From: Cenarchaeum sp.
GTDB taxonomy: Archaea > Thermoproteota > Nitrososphaeria > Nitrososphaerales > Nitrosopumilaceae
Direction: 5' to 3'
Assembly: GCA_965206845.1 (NCBI GenBank)
Contig: OZ242221.1
Location: 1 to 64,000, forward strand
Length of the DNA stretch: 64,000 bases
The notes beneath the pieces were generated by a model. The model saw nothing but the letters and a program-made list of their open reading frames with translations. It was not told where the DNA came from and did not search any database. The position numbers were made by a program, and so were the translations under genes. Below, piece by piece: positions 20,501 to 27,523 of the stretch; within the stretch, counting starts at the first letter, position 1, and each line of letters opens with the position of its first letter.

Positions 20501-21776
20501 CGTTGAACATGGAGTGCATGCTGGTCACTTTCGAGACGTCCCAGGCAGAGATGTTCCCGTTGAATGAGGAGACGCCGTTGAACATGGAGTACATGTTGGT
20601 CACTTTCGAGACGTCCCAGGCAGAGATGTTCCCGTTGAATGAGGAGGCGCCGTTGAACATGGAGAACATGTTGGTCACTTTCGAGACGTCCCAGGCAGAG
20701 ATATCTCCGTTGAATGAGGAGGCACCTAGGAACATTGAATTCATGTCAGCCACTTTCGAGACGTCCCAGGCAGAGATGTTCCCGTTGAATGAGGAGACGC
20801 CGTTGAACATGGAGTACATGCTGGTCACTTTCGAGACGTCCCAGGCAGAGATGTTCCCGTTGAATGAGGAGGCGCCGTTGAACATGAGGGACATGTTGGT
20901 CACTTTCGAGACGTTCCAGGAGTCGAGGGGCTGGTTGAAGGCGGTGGCGCCGTTGAACATGAGGGACATGTTGGTCACTTTCGAGACGTCCCAGGCAGAG
21001 ATGTTCCCGTTGAATGAGGAGGCGCCGTTGAACATGAGGGACATGTTGGTCACTTTCGAGACGTTCCAGGAGTCGAGGGGCTGGTTGAAGGCGGTGGCGC
21101 CGTTGAACATGAAAACCATGTTGGTCACTTTCGAGACGTCCCAGCCGGAGATGTCGCCGTTGAATGAGGAGGCGCCATCGAACATGCGGTTCATGTTGGT
21201 CACGCCAGAGAGGTCGGGGGCGTCGGTTGCCTTGTATTTCATGTTGGAGGCGTCCCGGAACGCGCCTTCCATGGAGGACCATTCTATGTCGCCCCACTGG
21301 TCGATGGATGCCAGCTTGGATGCAGTGGAACCCGTGTCGTCTAGGTTTATCCTTGAGAGATTCCCGGTCATGGATACCTGGTATTCGCCAGATGCCGTGT
21401 ACGTGTGCGACTGTATGCCGTTTGTGGTGACCATGGTGGTGACGTCGTCACCCCAGTCCATCGTCAGCGTACCCCCTGTGCGCACCTCTACGGGTATGCT
21501 GATTGTGTGCGGGGAAGCGGTAACGTTCCAAGTGGTAACAAAAGCCCCTACAGGCAGGGTGTCTTGGTCCTGCGCGAACGCGTATCCAGGCAGCGATGCC
21601 AGCGCGGCCAAGTCCAAAGCCGGCCAGGTGCCGCCAGCCTGCTGGTTCGGCGCGACGGCCTGTCTGGGATCGTCTGCGTGCGGCACGGCCAGCATGACCA
21701 CGAGCGCCACGGCAAGCGCGGCTGCCAGTACCTGCAAGGCCGCCCTTTTCCTGAGACAGAAGGCACCACCGGGCAA
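14532..21776 (-). CDS. giant surface protein: signal/TM segment, PKD-like domain, 14 DUF285 (BspA-type) repeats, cadherin/He_PIG-like domains, 7 Ig-like/proprotein-convertase P-domain units
   Basis: Uninterrupted ORF; RKRAA followed by a hydrophobic helix; FVTTW; WDVSKVTNMxxMF repeats; GATINSTTGVFSWTP; VAVNVTHTYIGDLKIDLIAPDG...GTWTLRIND...GTLNSWTLTI x7. The ORF-track start (21965) lies inside an IS, so TTG 21776 is chosen (uncertain). Confidence 0.88.
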   Translation of the reverse strand: MPGGAFCLRKRAALQVLAAALAVALVVMLAVPHADDPRQAVAPNQQAGGTWPALDLAALASLPGYAFAQDQDTLPVGAFVTTWNVTASPHTISIPVEVRTGGTLTMDWGDDVTTMVTTNGIQSHTYTASGEYQVSMTGNLSRINLDDTGSTASKLASIDQWGDIEWSSMEGAFRDASNMKYKATDAPDLSGVTNMNRMFDGASSFNGDISGWDVSKVTNMVFMFNGATAFNQPLDSWNVSKVTNMSLMFNGASSFNGNISAWDVSKVTNMSLMFNGATAFNQPLDSWNVSKVTNMSLMFNGASSFNGNISAWDVSKVTSMYSMFNGVSSFNGNISAWDVSKVADMNSMFLGASSFNGDISAWDVSKVTNMFSMFNGASSFNGNISAWDVSKVTNMYSMFNGVSSFNGNISAWDVSKVTSMHSMFNGASSFNGDISAWDVSKVADMYLMFAGASSFDGDISAWDVSSVTRMYSMFNGASSFNGNISAWDVSSVASMYSMFNGASSFNGNISAWDVSKVADMNLMFTDAASFEQNLGNWYVVPDSMSIARTDVPGVVGTISAQSTYLDSHRPAYAIVPGDPARFTIVNGNQLNMTSVGTESDYAVNVTASGGSVFENGNNWSILDVTVTGGVINAAPELNSIGSQSVNELQPLTFTATATDANSGDSLTFSLAGSPPTGATINSTTGVFSWTPTASQTGAHTITVQVEDSAGATDSEAVTVTVTDSIAPTISSIERYSPSSATTDSQTLIYKVTFSEDVTGVDAADFALSSGSTGGTGTSTGTEQFTQTRSPALAITQANTISDTITVPGSGTATSVSVAVNVTHTYIGDLKIDLIAPDGTTKTVHNRSGGSNDDIDQTYAPDFGGESIAGTWTLRINDNYASADDGTLNSWTLTINHGSSTTASPVTSISGSGDTYYATVSATTDGTYNLDLISSGHGIADESSNPLTSTTPTGSDETYTVSTITTDTTAPTVSSIERYSPSSATTDSQTLIYKVTFSEDVTGVDAADFALSSGSTGGTGTGTEQFTQTRSPALAITQANTISDTITVPGSGTATSVSVAVNVTHTYIGDLKIDLIAPDGTTKTVHNRSGGSNDDIDQTYAPDFGGESIAGTWTLRINDNYASADDGTLNSWTLTINHGSSTTASPVTSISGSGDTYYATVSATTDGTYNLDLISSGHGIADESSNPLTSTTPTGSDETYTVSTITTDTTAPTVSSIERYSPSSATTDSQTLIYKVTFSEDVTGVDAADFALSSGSTGGTGTGTEQFTQTRSPALAITQANTISDTITVPGSGTATSVSVAVNVTHTYIGDLKIDLIAPDGTTKTVHNRSGGSNDDIDQTYAPDFGGESIAGTWTLRINDNYASADDGTLNSWTLTINHGSSTTASPVTSISGSGDTYYATVSATTDGTYNLDLISSGHGIADESSNPLTSTTPTGSDETYTVSTITTDTTAPTVSSIERYSPSSATTDSQTLIYKVTFSEDVTGVDAADFALSSGSTGGTGTGTEQFTQTRSPALAITQANTISDTITVPGSGTATSVSVAVNVTHTYIGDLKIDLIAPDGTTKTVHNRSGGSNDDIDQTYAPDFGGESIAGTWTLRINDNYASADDGTLNSWTLTINHGSSTTASPVTSISGSGDTYYATVSATTDGTYNLDLISSGHGIADESSNPLTSTTPTGSDETYTVSTITTDTTAPTVSSIERYSPSSATTDSQTLIYKVTFSEDVTGVDAADFALSSGSTGGTGTSTGTEQFTQTRSPALAITQANTISDTITVPGSGTATSVSVAVNVTHTYIGDLKIDLIAPDGTTKTVHNRSGGSNDDIDQTYAPDFGGESIAGTWTLRINDNYASADDGTLNSWTLTINHGSSTTASPVTSISGSGDTYYATVSATTDGTYNLDLISSGHGIADESSNPLTSTTPTGSDETYTVSTITTDTTAPTVSSIERYSPSSATTDSQTLIYKVTFSEDVTGVDAADFALSSGSTGGTGTSTGTEQFTQTRSPALAITQANTISDTITVPGSGTATSVSVAVNVTHTYIGDLKIDLIAPDGTTKTVHNRSGGSNDDIDQTYAPDFGGESIAGTWTLRINDNYASADDGTLNSWTLTINHGSSTTASPVTSISGSGDTYYATVSATTDGTYNLDLISSGHGIADESSNPLTSTTPTGSDETYTVSTITTDTTAPTVSSIERYSPSSATTDSQTLIYKVTFSEDVTGVDAADFALSSGSTGGTGTGTEQFTQTRSPALAITQANTISDTITVPGSGTATSVSVAVNVTHTYIGDLKIDLIAPDGTTKTVHNRSGGSNDDIDQTYAPDFGGESIAGTWTLRINDNYASADDGTLNSWTLTINHGSSTTASPVTSISGSGDTYYATVSATTDGTYNLDLISSGHGIADESSNPLTSTTPTGSDETYTVSTPN
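14541..19610 (-). repeat. seven tandem 723/729-bp near-identical coding repeats
   Basis: Unit spacings 723, 729, 729, 723, 723, 723; the only consistent difference seen is a 6-bp indel (GTGCTG) in a Gly/Thr linker. Confidence 0.95.
20166..21215 (-). repeat. 14 tandem 75-bp (25-aa) DUF285/BspA repeats
   Basis: Exactly 1050 nt from DLSGVTNM to NLGNW; consensus DVSKVxxMxxMFxGAxxFNGxISAW. Confidence 0.93.
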
Positions 21777-21864
21777 TTTCCCCGAAAATTGCCGAAAAAC
21801 GCCGGCATAATTATGATTAAAAATCAATGTTTCAACCCACATTATTAAGTATTTATGCTTAGGC

Positions 21865-23066
21865 GGCGTTGTCCAAACCCATAACAGAAAAACGCCAAAA
21901 AGCTTAAAGATCGCGGATCTTGCGTCAGCCCCAATGAACAAGAAACGCAGCAAGGACAACAGCAAGGATCAGAGGCGCAGCAAGGATGCGAAGTGGGTTA
22001 GGCCCAAGGGATACTATTGCAGGTATGAAAGAGGAAGGAGGGGAGAAGGCAAACGGATTCGACTCAGAACCAAAGCCCTCCTCACCCTACTCAACGACAT
22101 CTACGAGCCCCGGTCTGCGACCGGGAAACGCATGATCTCGTACCTGGCATGCCTCGTGGACAAGGAGTTCCGCGGCCACTCGTACCGCTCGCACGTCTCG
22201 TACATAGAGTCACACCAAGGCTTACTGTACCTGTATGGCTTAAAAAAAGTTCCATCAAAGTCGTGCCTGCACCACGCCGCGGCCGTATTTGCCGGCTGCT
22301 CGAGGATACACGAGATAGTGTGCAGGCAGGCAAGGAGCGACGCGCAGGGATCCCTTCTGGGAGACTCCAGCGGGTTCTCCATAATGCAGTACGAGGACTG
22401 GGAAGACGCCAAGCGGGGGATCGTATCTAGGCACAAGTTCGTCAAGATGCACGTGATAGTGGACGCAAGTGGGAAGAGGATCGTGTCCTGCGAGGTTACC
22501 AAGGGAACGGCCCACGACTCTCCCAGGTTCAGGCAGATGTTTGCAATGGTGCCTGACGGCACGGGGTGCGTGATGCTTGACGCGGCGTACGACGCCTACG
22601 AGAACTACAGGATGATCCGCAACAGCGGCAGGAGGCCGGTGATCGACCCGCGCAAGGATCACACCCTCAAGGGCTACAACCCGAGGGCAGAGATGCTCAG
22701 GTGGAGGAAGGAGAACCCAGAAGAGTTTGAGAGGACGTACCACCGGCGCAGCTTGGTGGAGTCCGTGTTCTCGTCGTTCAAGGCCAGGTTTGGCGCCGTA
22801 GTGGCGGCAAAGACGCTCCCGCTCCAGAGGCTCCAGCTGATCCTGAGAAGCATCTGCTACAACCTGCTGTCGTAGTTGAACTGCATGCGCCGGATGCATG
22901 CCCCTCCCCCAGCGCACGCTGTGCCGCGCTACCACGGTCAGCCCCGATCCCGGTTCCCCTGCAATCGGAATGCGTGAAGAAACGGCCAAACCACAGGAAT
23001 CGCGGGCGACATGGCACGGCCAAGACTGCCTCAAGTAGGACGACGTTTGCGGAAATGGACAACGCC
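21865..23066 (+). mobile_element. IS5-family (IS903-like) insertion sequence
   Basis: 11-bp perfect inverted repeat GGCGTTGTCCA (21865-21875) / TGGACAACGCC (23056-23066) around the transposase; no target duplication seen. Confidence 0.75.
21934..22875 (+). CDS. IS5-family transposase (DDE_Tnp_1)
   Basis: GDSSGF, KMHVIVD, HDSP, LDAAYD, YHRRSLVESVFSSFK. Confidence 0.92.
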   Translation: MNKKRSKDNSKDQRRSKDAKWVRPKGYYCRYERGRRGEGKRIRLRTKALLTLLNDIYEPRSATGKRMISYLACLVDKEFRGHSYRSHVSYIESHQGLLYLYGLKKVPSKSCLHHAAAVFAGCSRIHEIVCRQARSDAQGSLLGDSSGFSIMQYEDWEDAKRGIVSRHKFVKMHVIVDASGKRIVSCEVTKGTAHDSPRFRQMFAMVPDGTGCVMLDAAYDAYENYRMIRNSGRRPVIDPRKDHTLKGYNPRAEMLRWRKENPEEFERTYHRRSLVESVFSSFKARFGAVVAAKTLPLQRLQLILRSICYNLLS

Positions 23067-23264
23067 CAGACAACCGAAAGACTTTGATCCTAGGGCGTTA
23101 TGCCTCCTGATATGCAGCATCCAAAATCTGCTGATTCGGCCTCCAAGCCGTCTTCTGCGAAAGACAAGAAAGACGGGAGGCACAAGAAGCGCCAGAAGGG
23201 CTCCGACCCGCGGGAGATTGGGCTCTGGTAGATTTTAGTGATCAGATCACCAAAATCGGTTCTG

Positions 23265-24374
23265 AGAACTGATTCGTAATTAGCCCATTCGCCGTAGGAG
23301 GCGGCTTGGGGAAGGCAGCAAGATCAAAATATCGTCCGATCCAGCCTGTCACATGCTATCGTACACCAAGCTGTCAGGAAACGCTAGGCGTTTCAAGACC
23401 CTCATGGGCATGTCCCTCCAGGAATTTGATTTGTTGTTCGCAAAGGTGGAGAAGGCGCACCCTGAGGCGGAGAGGGAGAGGCTCTCCAAGAGGCCCCGCA
23501 GGCGCGCAATCGGGGCCGGGCGCAGGTTCGCGCTCGACCTGCGCAACCGTGTGCTGCTCCTCCTGTTCTACTACAGAACGTATGCCACCCAAGACGTGGC
23601 GGCCGAGGTCTTCGGGGTGGACCAGGCCACGGTATCGCGCTCCATCGACCAGATCGCGCCGGTCGTCAGGCAATGCATCCCAATACCAGCCAAGATCCAC
23701 GACAGGGCAAAGAGGGCCTCGACCCTTGAGGAGCTTGAGGAGATCCTTCCAGGGCTCCGGTGCCTCATTGACGCCTCGGAGCAGCAGGTGCAGAGGCCCA
23801 AACGGAAAGACATGGAAAAGTCCCACTATTCGGGCAAGGCCGGGAGGCACACGGCCAAGGTACAGTACACCGTGAACACAAACGGCCTGATCATCCACAG
23901 CACGAGGCACTCCCCAGGGCGCGTCCACGACGTCAGGGTGTACAGGATGAAGCACCCGACGTTTCCCTCCGGCCTGCCGTCCCGGGACGGGTCTGACGGC
24001 AAGAAGGGGAAGACAAAGGTGCGGGTCTATACGGACAGGGGCTACCCGGGGGCGCAGAAGATGTACGAAGAGGTGGAAGTGATGGAGCCGATCAGGCGGA
24101 AGCCAGGAAAAAGGCTCTCGGCACTCGAAAAAGAGTTCAACAGGCTGCACTCAAAGATTCGCGTCTACGTGGAACATGCCATCCGGAGAGTCAAGACTTG
24201 GCGGATAATGGGCGGGGTGTACCGGAACCCGCTGAAGAAGTACGACCGGATCAACGACATCGTGTGCGGATTGGTAAATCAAAGGTTGTTGTGGCTGGCA
24301 GAACAGGCAGCCTGACGGAAACGGGCCTGAAAAGTAGGGTGGGCAGGCTTGAAAAATAATAACGGATCACTTCT
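23265..24374 (+). mobile_element. IS5-family ISL2-like insertion sequence with 3-bp CTG target duplication
   Basis: IRL AGAACTGATTCGTAATTA and IRR TAATAACGGATCACTTCT (15/18 match); CTG at 23262-23264 and 24375-24377. Confidence 0.82.
23353..24315 (+). CDS. transposase (HTH_Tnp_4 + DDE_Tnp_4; ISL2/Harbinger-like)
   Basis: FKTLMGMSLQEF, LIDASEQQVQRP, YSGKAGRHTAKVQ, GRVHD, TDRGYPG, RVYVEHAIRRVKTWR. Confidence 0.92.
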   Translation: MLSYTKLSGNARRFKTLMGMSLQEFDLLFAKVEKAHPEAERERLSKRPRRRAIGAGRRFALDLRNRVLLLLFYYRTYATQDVAAEVFGVDQATVSRSIDQIAPVVRQCIPIPAKIHDRAKRASTLEELEEILPGLRCLIDASEQQVQRPKRKDMEKSHYSGKAGRHTAKVQYTVNTNGLIIHSTRHSPGRVHDVRVYRMKHPTFPSGLPSRDGSDGKKGKTKVRVYTDRGYPGAQKMYEEVEVMEPIRRKPGKRLSALEKEFNRLHSKIRVYVEHAIRRVKTWRIMGGVYRNPLKKYDRINDIVCGLVNQRLLWLAEQAA

Positions 24375-25292
24375 CTGGTACATTTAGGTGATCTCCGCGT
24401 GTCGCTGTTCAATAAGTGAGCTCGAGATCTCCAGGTTTGCTCCCTGCGGCTCCCGTCGGCGCCGTCCTGCCGTTAAAAAGTAGTGATCCGTTTTGCCGCG
24501 GTGTTCAAAGGTGAGCTGCGGACCCTGCTGTTAAATTCAGGTGATCCTCAGTCCAGTCCAGCTCACTTCTTGAACAGTGACTCACAGGGATCACCTAAAT
24601 TTACCAGAGCCAGTGAACGGCAGAGATCACCAGAATTTAACAGAGCCTACGGGACCGCGTTTGCCTGGATGGGACTCGTGCCACTGCGACGTGTTTTGCG
24701 CAGTCTTTGTACCTGCTGCGAATAGTCATACACGCTGCTCCGACCATGCAAAAAATTCGGGCAGTAATCATGAAGAATCAGCATTTATCCCTTGATCCAT
24801 GCTCATCGATACTCTTACCCTTCGATGTATTCTTGGCTGATTACTGCCTTGATTAGTTAACGTCGTTGTGAAATAAAGAGTATATTTTAGGAATAGTGAA
24901 CGCCTGTTTGATTTTTCCATTGTTTCTGAATGATTCAAAAGCGGGGGGAGGCTGTTGGAAATTATGGGTCCCTTCCGTACCCTGCATGCGTGCGGTTCGG
25001 GTCCGGCTTGGCGATCCAGAAGCGGGGATTGGGAAGTCAAGTCAGTTCGCCTGGCTGCGATTCTGACTGCGGAGTTTCAGCCGCAATCGGATCCGGCACA
25101 GTACGCAAAAACCTGACTGGGCAGGCGTTCACGGTCACTGCGACGTGACAGCTCTGGGGCAGGGGCATCTGATATCTGCCAGGAGGCAGGACTGCCGATG
25201 GCAGCTGCCTTGAAACGAATGCAGGCAGTTCGGGAAAATTCCAAATCCGAAGGGGCGTCAAATCATTTATGTATGAATGCCACTAAAAAATA

Positions 25293-25979
25293 GTGCAAAA
25301 GGATAGGCTGTCTGAATGGTTTGTGCCCAAGTTCGGCTCTAGGAATTTTCGGCTATTAATAGGAATCCTGTTTCTGCCCTACACCGGAATGGTGGTATCC
25401 TTTACCGTGTGGGGCTCCCTCTCGGTGGACTTCAGTCTTGACAGGCTGGCGTCAGCCTGCCTGCTCTATTTCCTTGCAATTGGGATATCCGCACACTGTC
25501 TTGACGCACTAGGAAGCAAAAAAAAGCCTTGGGGACGCATATCGCCATCAAAGCTCTGGCTAGTATCGACGGTTTCCCTGACTGCCTCCCTTTCCATCGG
25601 GCTGTACTATGCATTTTTGGATTCCTGGCTGCTGTTCCCGATAGGGGCCATCGAGGTGTTCTTTCTTTTGGCGTATAACCTGGAGCTGTTTCGCGGCAAA
25701 TTCCACAACAACGCGTCGTTCGTCATATCCTGGGGGATCCTGCCAGTTTTTGCCGGCGCCTCAATCCAGTCAAACGCCGTATCAGTCGAGACCGTAGTGC
25801 TTTCCGCGATTGCGGGACTTGCAAGCTATGTCCTCATAACCACGTCCAGAAAATACAAGGAGCTGAAGCGTCAGAACGTAGGCCGCGGGTCGTACTACAG
25901 AAAGGAGGCAGTTCTCAAGGTGACAAGCCTGGCGGTGATATCTGGCACGGCCTGCTTTTTCATCTTACGGTATCTTTAA
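25293..25979 (+). CDS. multi-pass membrane protein, UbiA-prenyltransferase-like
   Basis: Seven to eight hydrophobic segments, AHCLD at the position of the first UbiA acidic motif, and AYN; the second acidic motif is not evident. TTTATGTA about 25 nt upstream. Confidence 0.6.
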   Translation: MQKDRLSEWFVPKFGSRNFRLLIGILFLPYTGMVVSFTVWGSLSVDFSLDRLASACLLYFLAIGISAHCLDALGSKKKPWGRISPSKLWLVSTVSLTASLSIGLYYAFLDSWLLFPIGAIEVFFLLAYNLELFRGKFHNNASFVISWGILPVFAGASIQSNAVSVETVVLSAIAGLASYVLITTSRKYKELKRQNVGRGSYYRKEAVLKVTSLAVISGTACFFILRYL

Positions 25980-25988
25980 TTCGTGTAA

Positions 25989-26441
25989 ATGGGATACCAT
26001 TGTATGAAGTCAGGTTCCGATATGCTTCTGGCCAGGATACTGGACGCCCCCGTGGGCCAGGTGGTCACCGTCCTGGGGGAGGTCCTTGACTGTGCCGTCC
26101 AGCTGCAGGTGGTGGAGCAGAACGCCGTTGCGCCCAATCAGTTCGTAAGGAAGGTCGCGGTTACCGCGCGGGGGCTGCCTGTCATAAAGGCAAGCGTGAA
26201 GTTTGACTCCGCCGTGCTGCCTGAGTCCGTCATGGGCGAGCTTCTGAGGAAGAAGCGCGGCATCGGGACCATTCTCAACGTCAATGGCATCGCCGCAACC
26301 AGAAGGATCCTGTCCCTGGACCTGCATCCGGGCCAGGGCATAGCCTTGAGGGAGTACGAACTCGTTCACGGCGGGGCCGTGTGGTTTACCATATTTGAGG
26401 AGATAAACCTAGACAGTCTTGGTTCCGACAAGCACGGCTGA
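25989..26441 (+). CDS. chorismate pyruvate-lyase/UTRA-like protein (UbiC/DUF98-like)
   Basis: Pattern RxV...PVIxA...L+xxxxGIGxIL...REY...IxEEI typical of the chorismate-lyase fold; divergent. Confidence 0.55.
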   Translation: MGYHCMKSGSDMLLARILDAPVGQVVTVLGEVLDCAVQLQVVEQNAVAPNQFVRKVAVTARGLPVIKASVKFDSAVLPESVMGELLRKKRGIGTILNVNGIAATRRILSLDLHPGQGIALREYELVHGGAVWFTIFEEINLDSLGSDKHG

Positions 26442-27092
26442 GGAGCCCCACGTCAGATCCTGCCTGCGGGTTTCCAGTCCGTGATCTTCCATGGCCTCCT
26501 CGTACTCCTGCACCCAGTTTGAGGCCCTTATCAGGCGGGGCAGGTCGGCGAAGACCTGTCTCCAGCCTGGGATGAAAAGGCCAGCGAGATTCAGCAGCCT
26601 GAAATAAAAATCCCACATTCTGCGCACCGGGCCGGCCTTCGGATATGTGAAGTCATGCAGAATTATCTTCCCGCCGGCATCGAGGTGGTCAAGGCAGCTC
26701 CTGATCAGGGTATCCGGCGTGCAGTATTTTGGCAGGTATGACGCAGTGATGCAGGAGAACTTTTCCCCGAGGCTGAGCTTTTCGGCATCCTGGTTTACAA
26801 AGGAGATGTTCCGGTGCGGGGCCGACTTCTCCATGGCCTTCTCAAGGTACTCCTGGGTAACGTCGACGCCCACTATCTCCGCGCCCGGCAGCGTTTTTGC
26901 AATCTGTCTCGTAAGGATGCCCGTACCGCAGGCAAGATCCAACACGTTTTTTTCATCAGACAGGTGCTCCAGAATCTTACGTTTCCAAAGGCCGTCCTTG
27001 CCAAAGGTGGTCCAGCTGACTATCCTGTCATACGAGCTGGCGTTGCTGTTAAAAAATTTCGGGACCATGCACTTCGGACTCTCTTCGGCCAT
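26409..27092 (-). CDS. class I SAM-dependent methyltransferase (UbiE/MenG-like)
   Basis: SYDRIVSWTTFGKDGLWK (UbiE-type N-terminus), VLDLACGTG, GVD, DAEKL. Confidence 0.88.
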   Translation of the reverse strand: MAEESPKCMVPKFFNSNASSYDRIVSWTTFGKDGLWKRKILEHLSDEKNVLDLACGTGILTRQIAKTLPGAEIVGVDVTQEYLEKAMEKSAPHRNISFVNQDAEKLSLGEKFSCITASYLPKYCTPDTLIRSCLDHLDAGGKIILHDFTYPKAGPVRRMWDFYFRLLNLAGLFIPGWRQVFADLPRLIRASNWVQEYEEAMEDHGLETRRQDLTWGSSAVLVGTKTV

Positions 27093-27193
27093 GCTTACTG
27101 CCGGTTTTTTTGTCTAAAGTAGTTTGTGAGTAGGCAGCCTCCCTTAACGACTAGGGTCCGCGGGGCCGCCTTGGGGGAGGGGGATGCCTGACG

Positions 27194-27393
27194 GGCTCTG
27201 GTAAATTCTAGTGATCTGATCACCAAAATTTACCACCAAGGTGCTAGGATGACTTGTCTCACTTTTGAACAGGCCCGTAGAAGGTACCACACTTTTGAAC
27301 ACCGTGATGAAACATGGTAAGATTGAATCTGGAGAAGATCCAAAAACACACTTTTGAAGTGAACGGCAGAGATCACCAGAATTTAACAGAGCC
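27194..27393. mobile_element. 200-bp MITE with GGCTCTG...CAGAGCC ends, plus an extra orphan end at 27417-27440
   Basis: GGCTCTGGTAAATTCTAGTGATC / GATCACCAGAATTTAACAGAGCC; three internal CACTTTTGAA direct repeats; no coding capacity. Confidence 0.8.
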
Positions 27394-27523
27394 CATCCAT
27401 CCAACCAATACGCGTCAGATCACCTGATTTGAACAGAGCCGTGGAGCGCGTGCCGTCGCACAAGATCTAGCCAAGATACGGGTGCGGCTTCGGCCGAACG
27501 CGACCAGAAGGAGTGCCTGGTTG

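Larger units (their letters stand above)
23221..24647. mobile_element. nested MITEs with GG(C/T)TCTG...CAGAGCC ends (outer 23221-24647, inner 23258-24611), interrupted by an IS
   Basis: Outer ends match the intact element at 27194-27393 (last 36 bp identical). Removing the IS restores the inner left end GGTTCTGGTACATTTAGGTGATC, which pairs 21/23 with GATCACCTAAATTTACCAGAGCC. Confidence 0.75.

Noticed and set aside
20166-21215. 75-bp repeats as a CRISPR array or a diversity-generating retroelement target
   Set aside because: They are in-frame coding repeats with no unique spacers and no cas genes. No reverse transcriptase or template/variable repeat pair with adenine-specific differences was seen in the window.
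14794-21810. Repeated + strand ORFs (127-129 aa x7, and 602 aa) opposite the giant surface gene
   Set aside because: Antisense shadows of repetitive coding sequence; the - strand frame carries all recognisable domains.
21777-21965. N-terminal extension of the 2477-aa ORF
   Set aside because: It runs through the promoter region into the IS5 left end and overlaps the transposase start.
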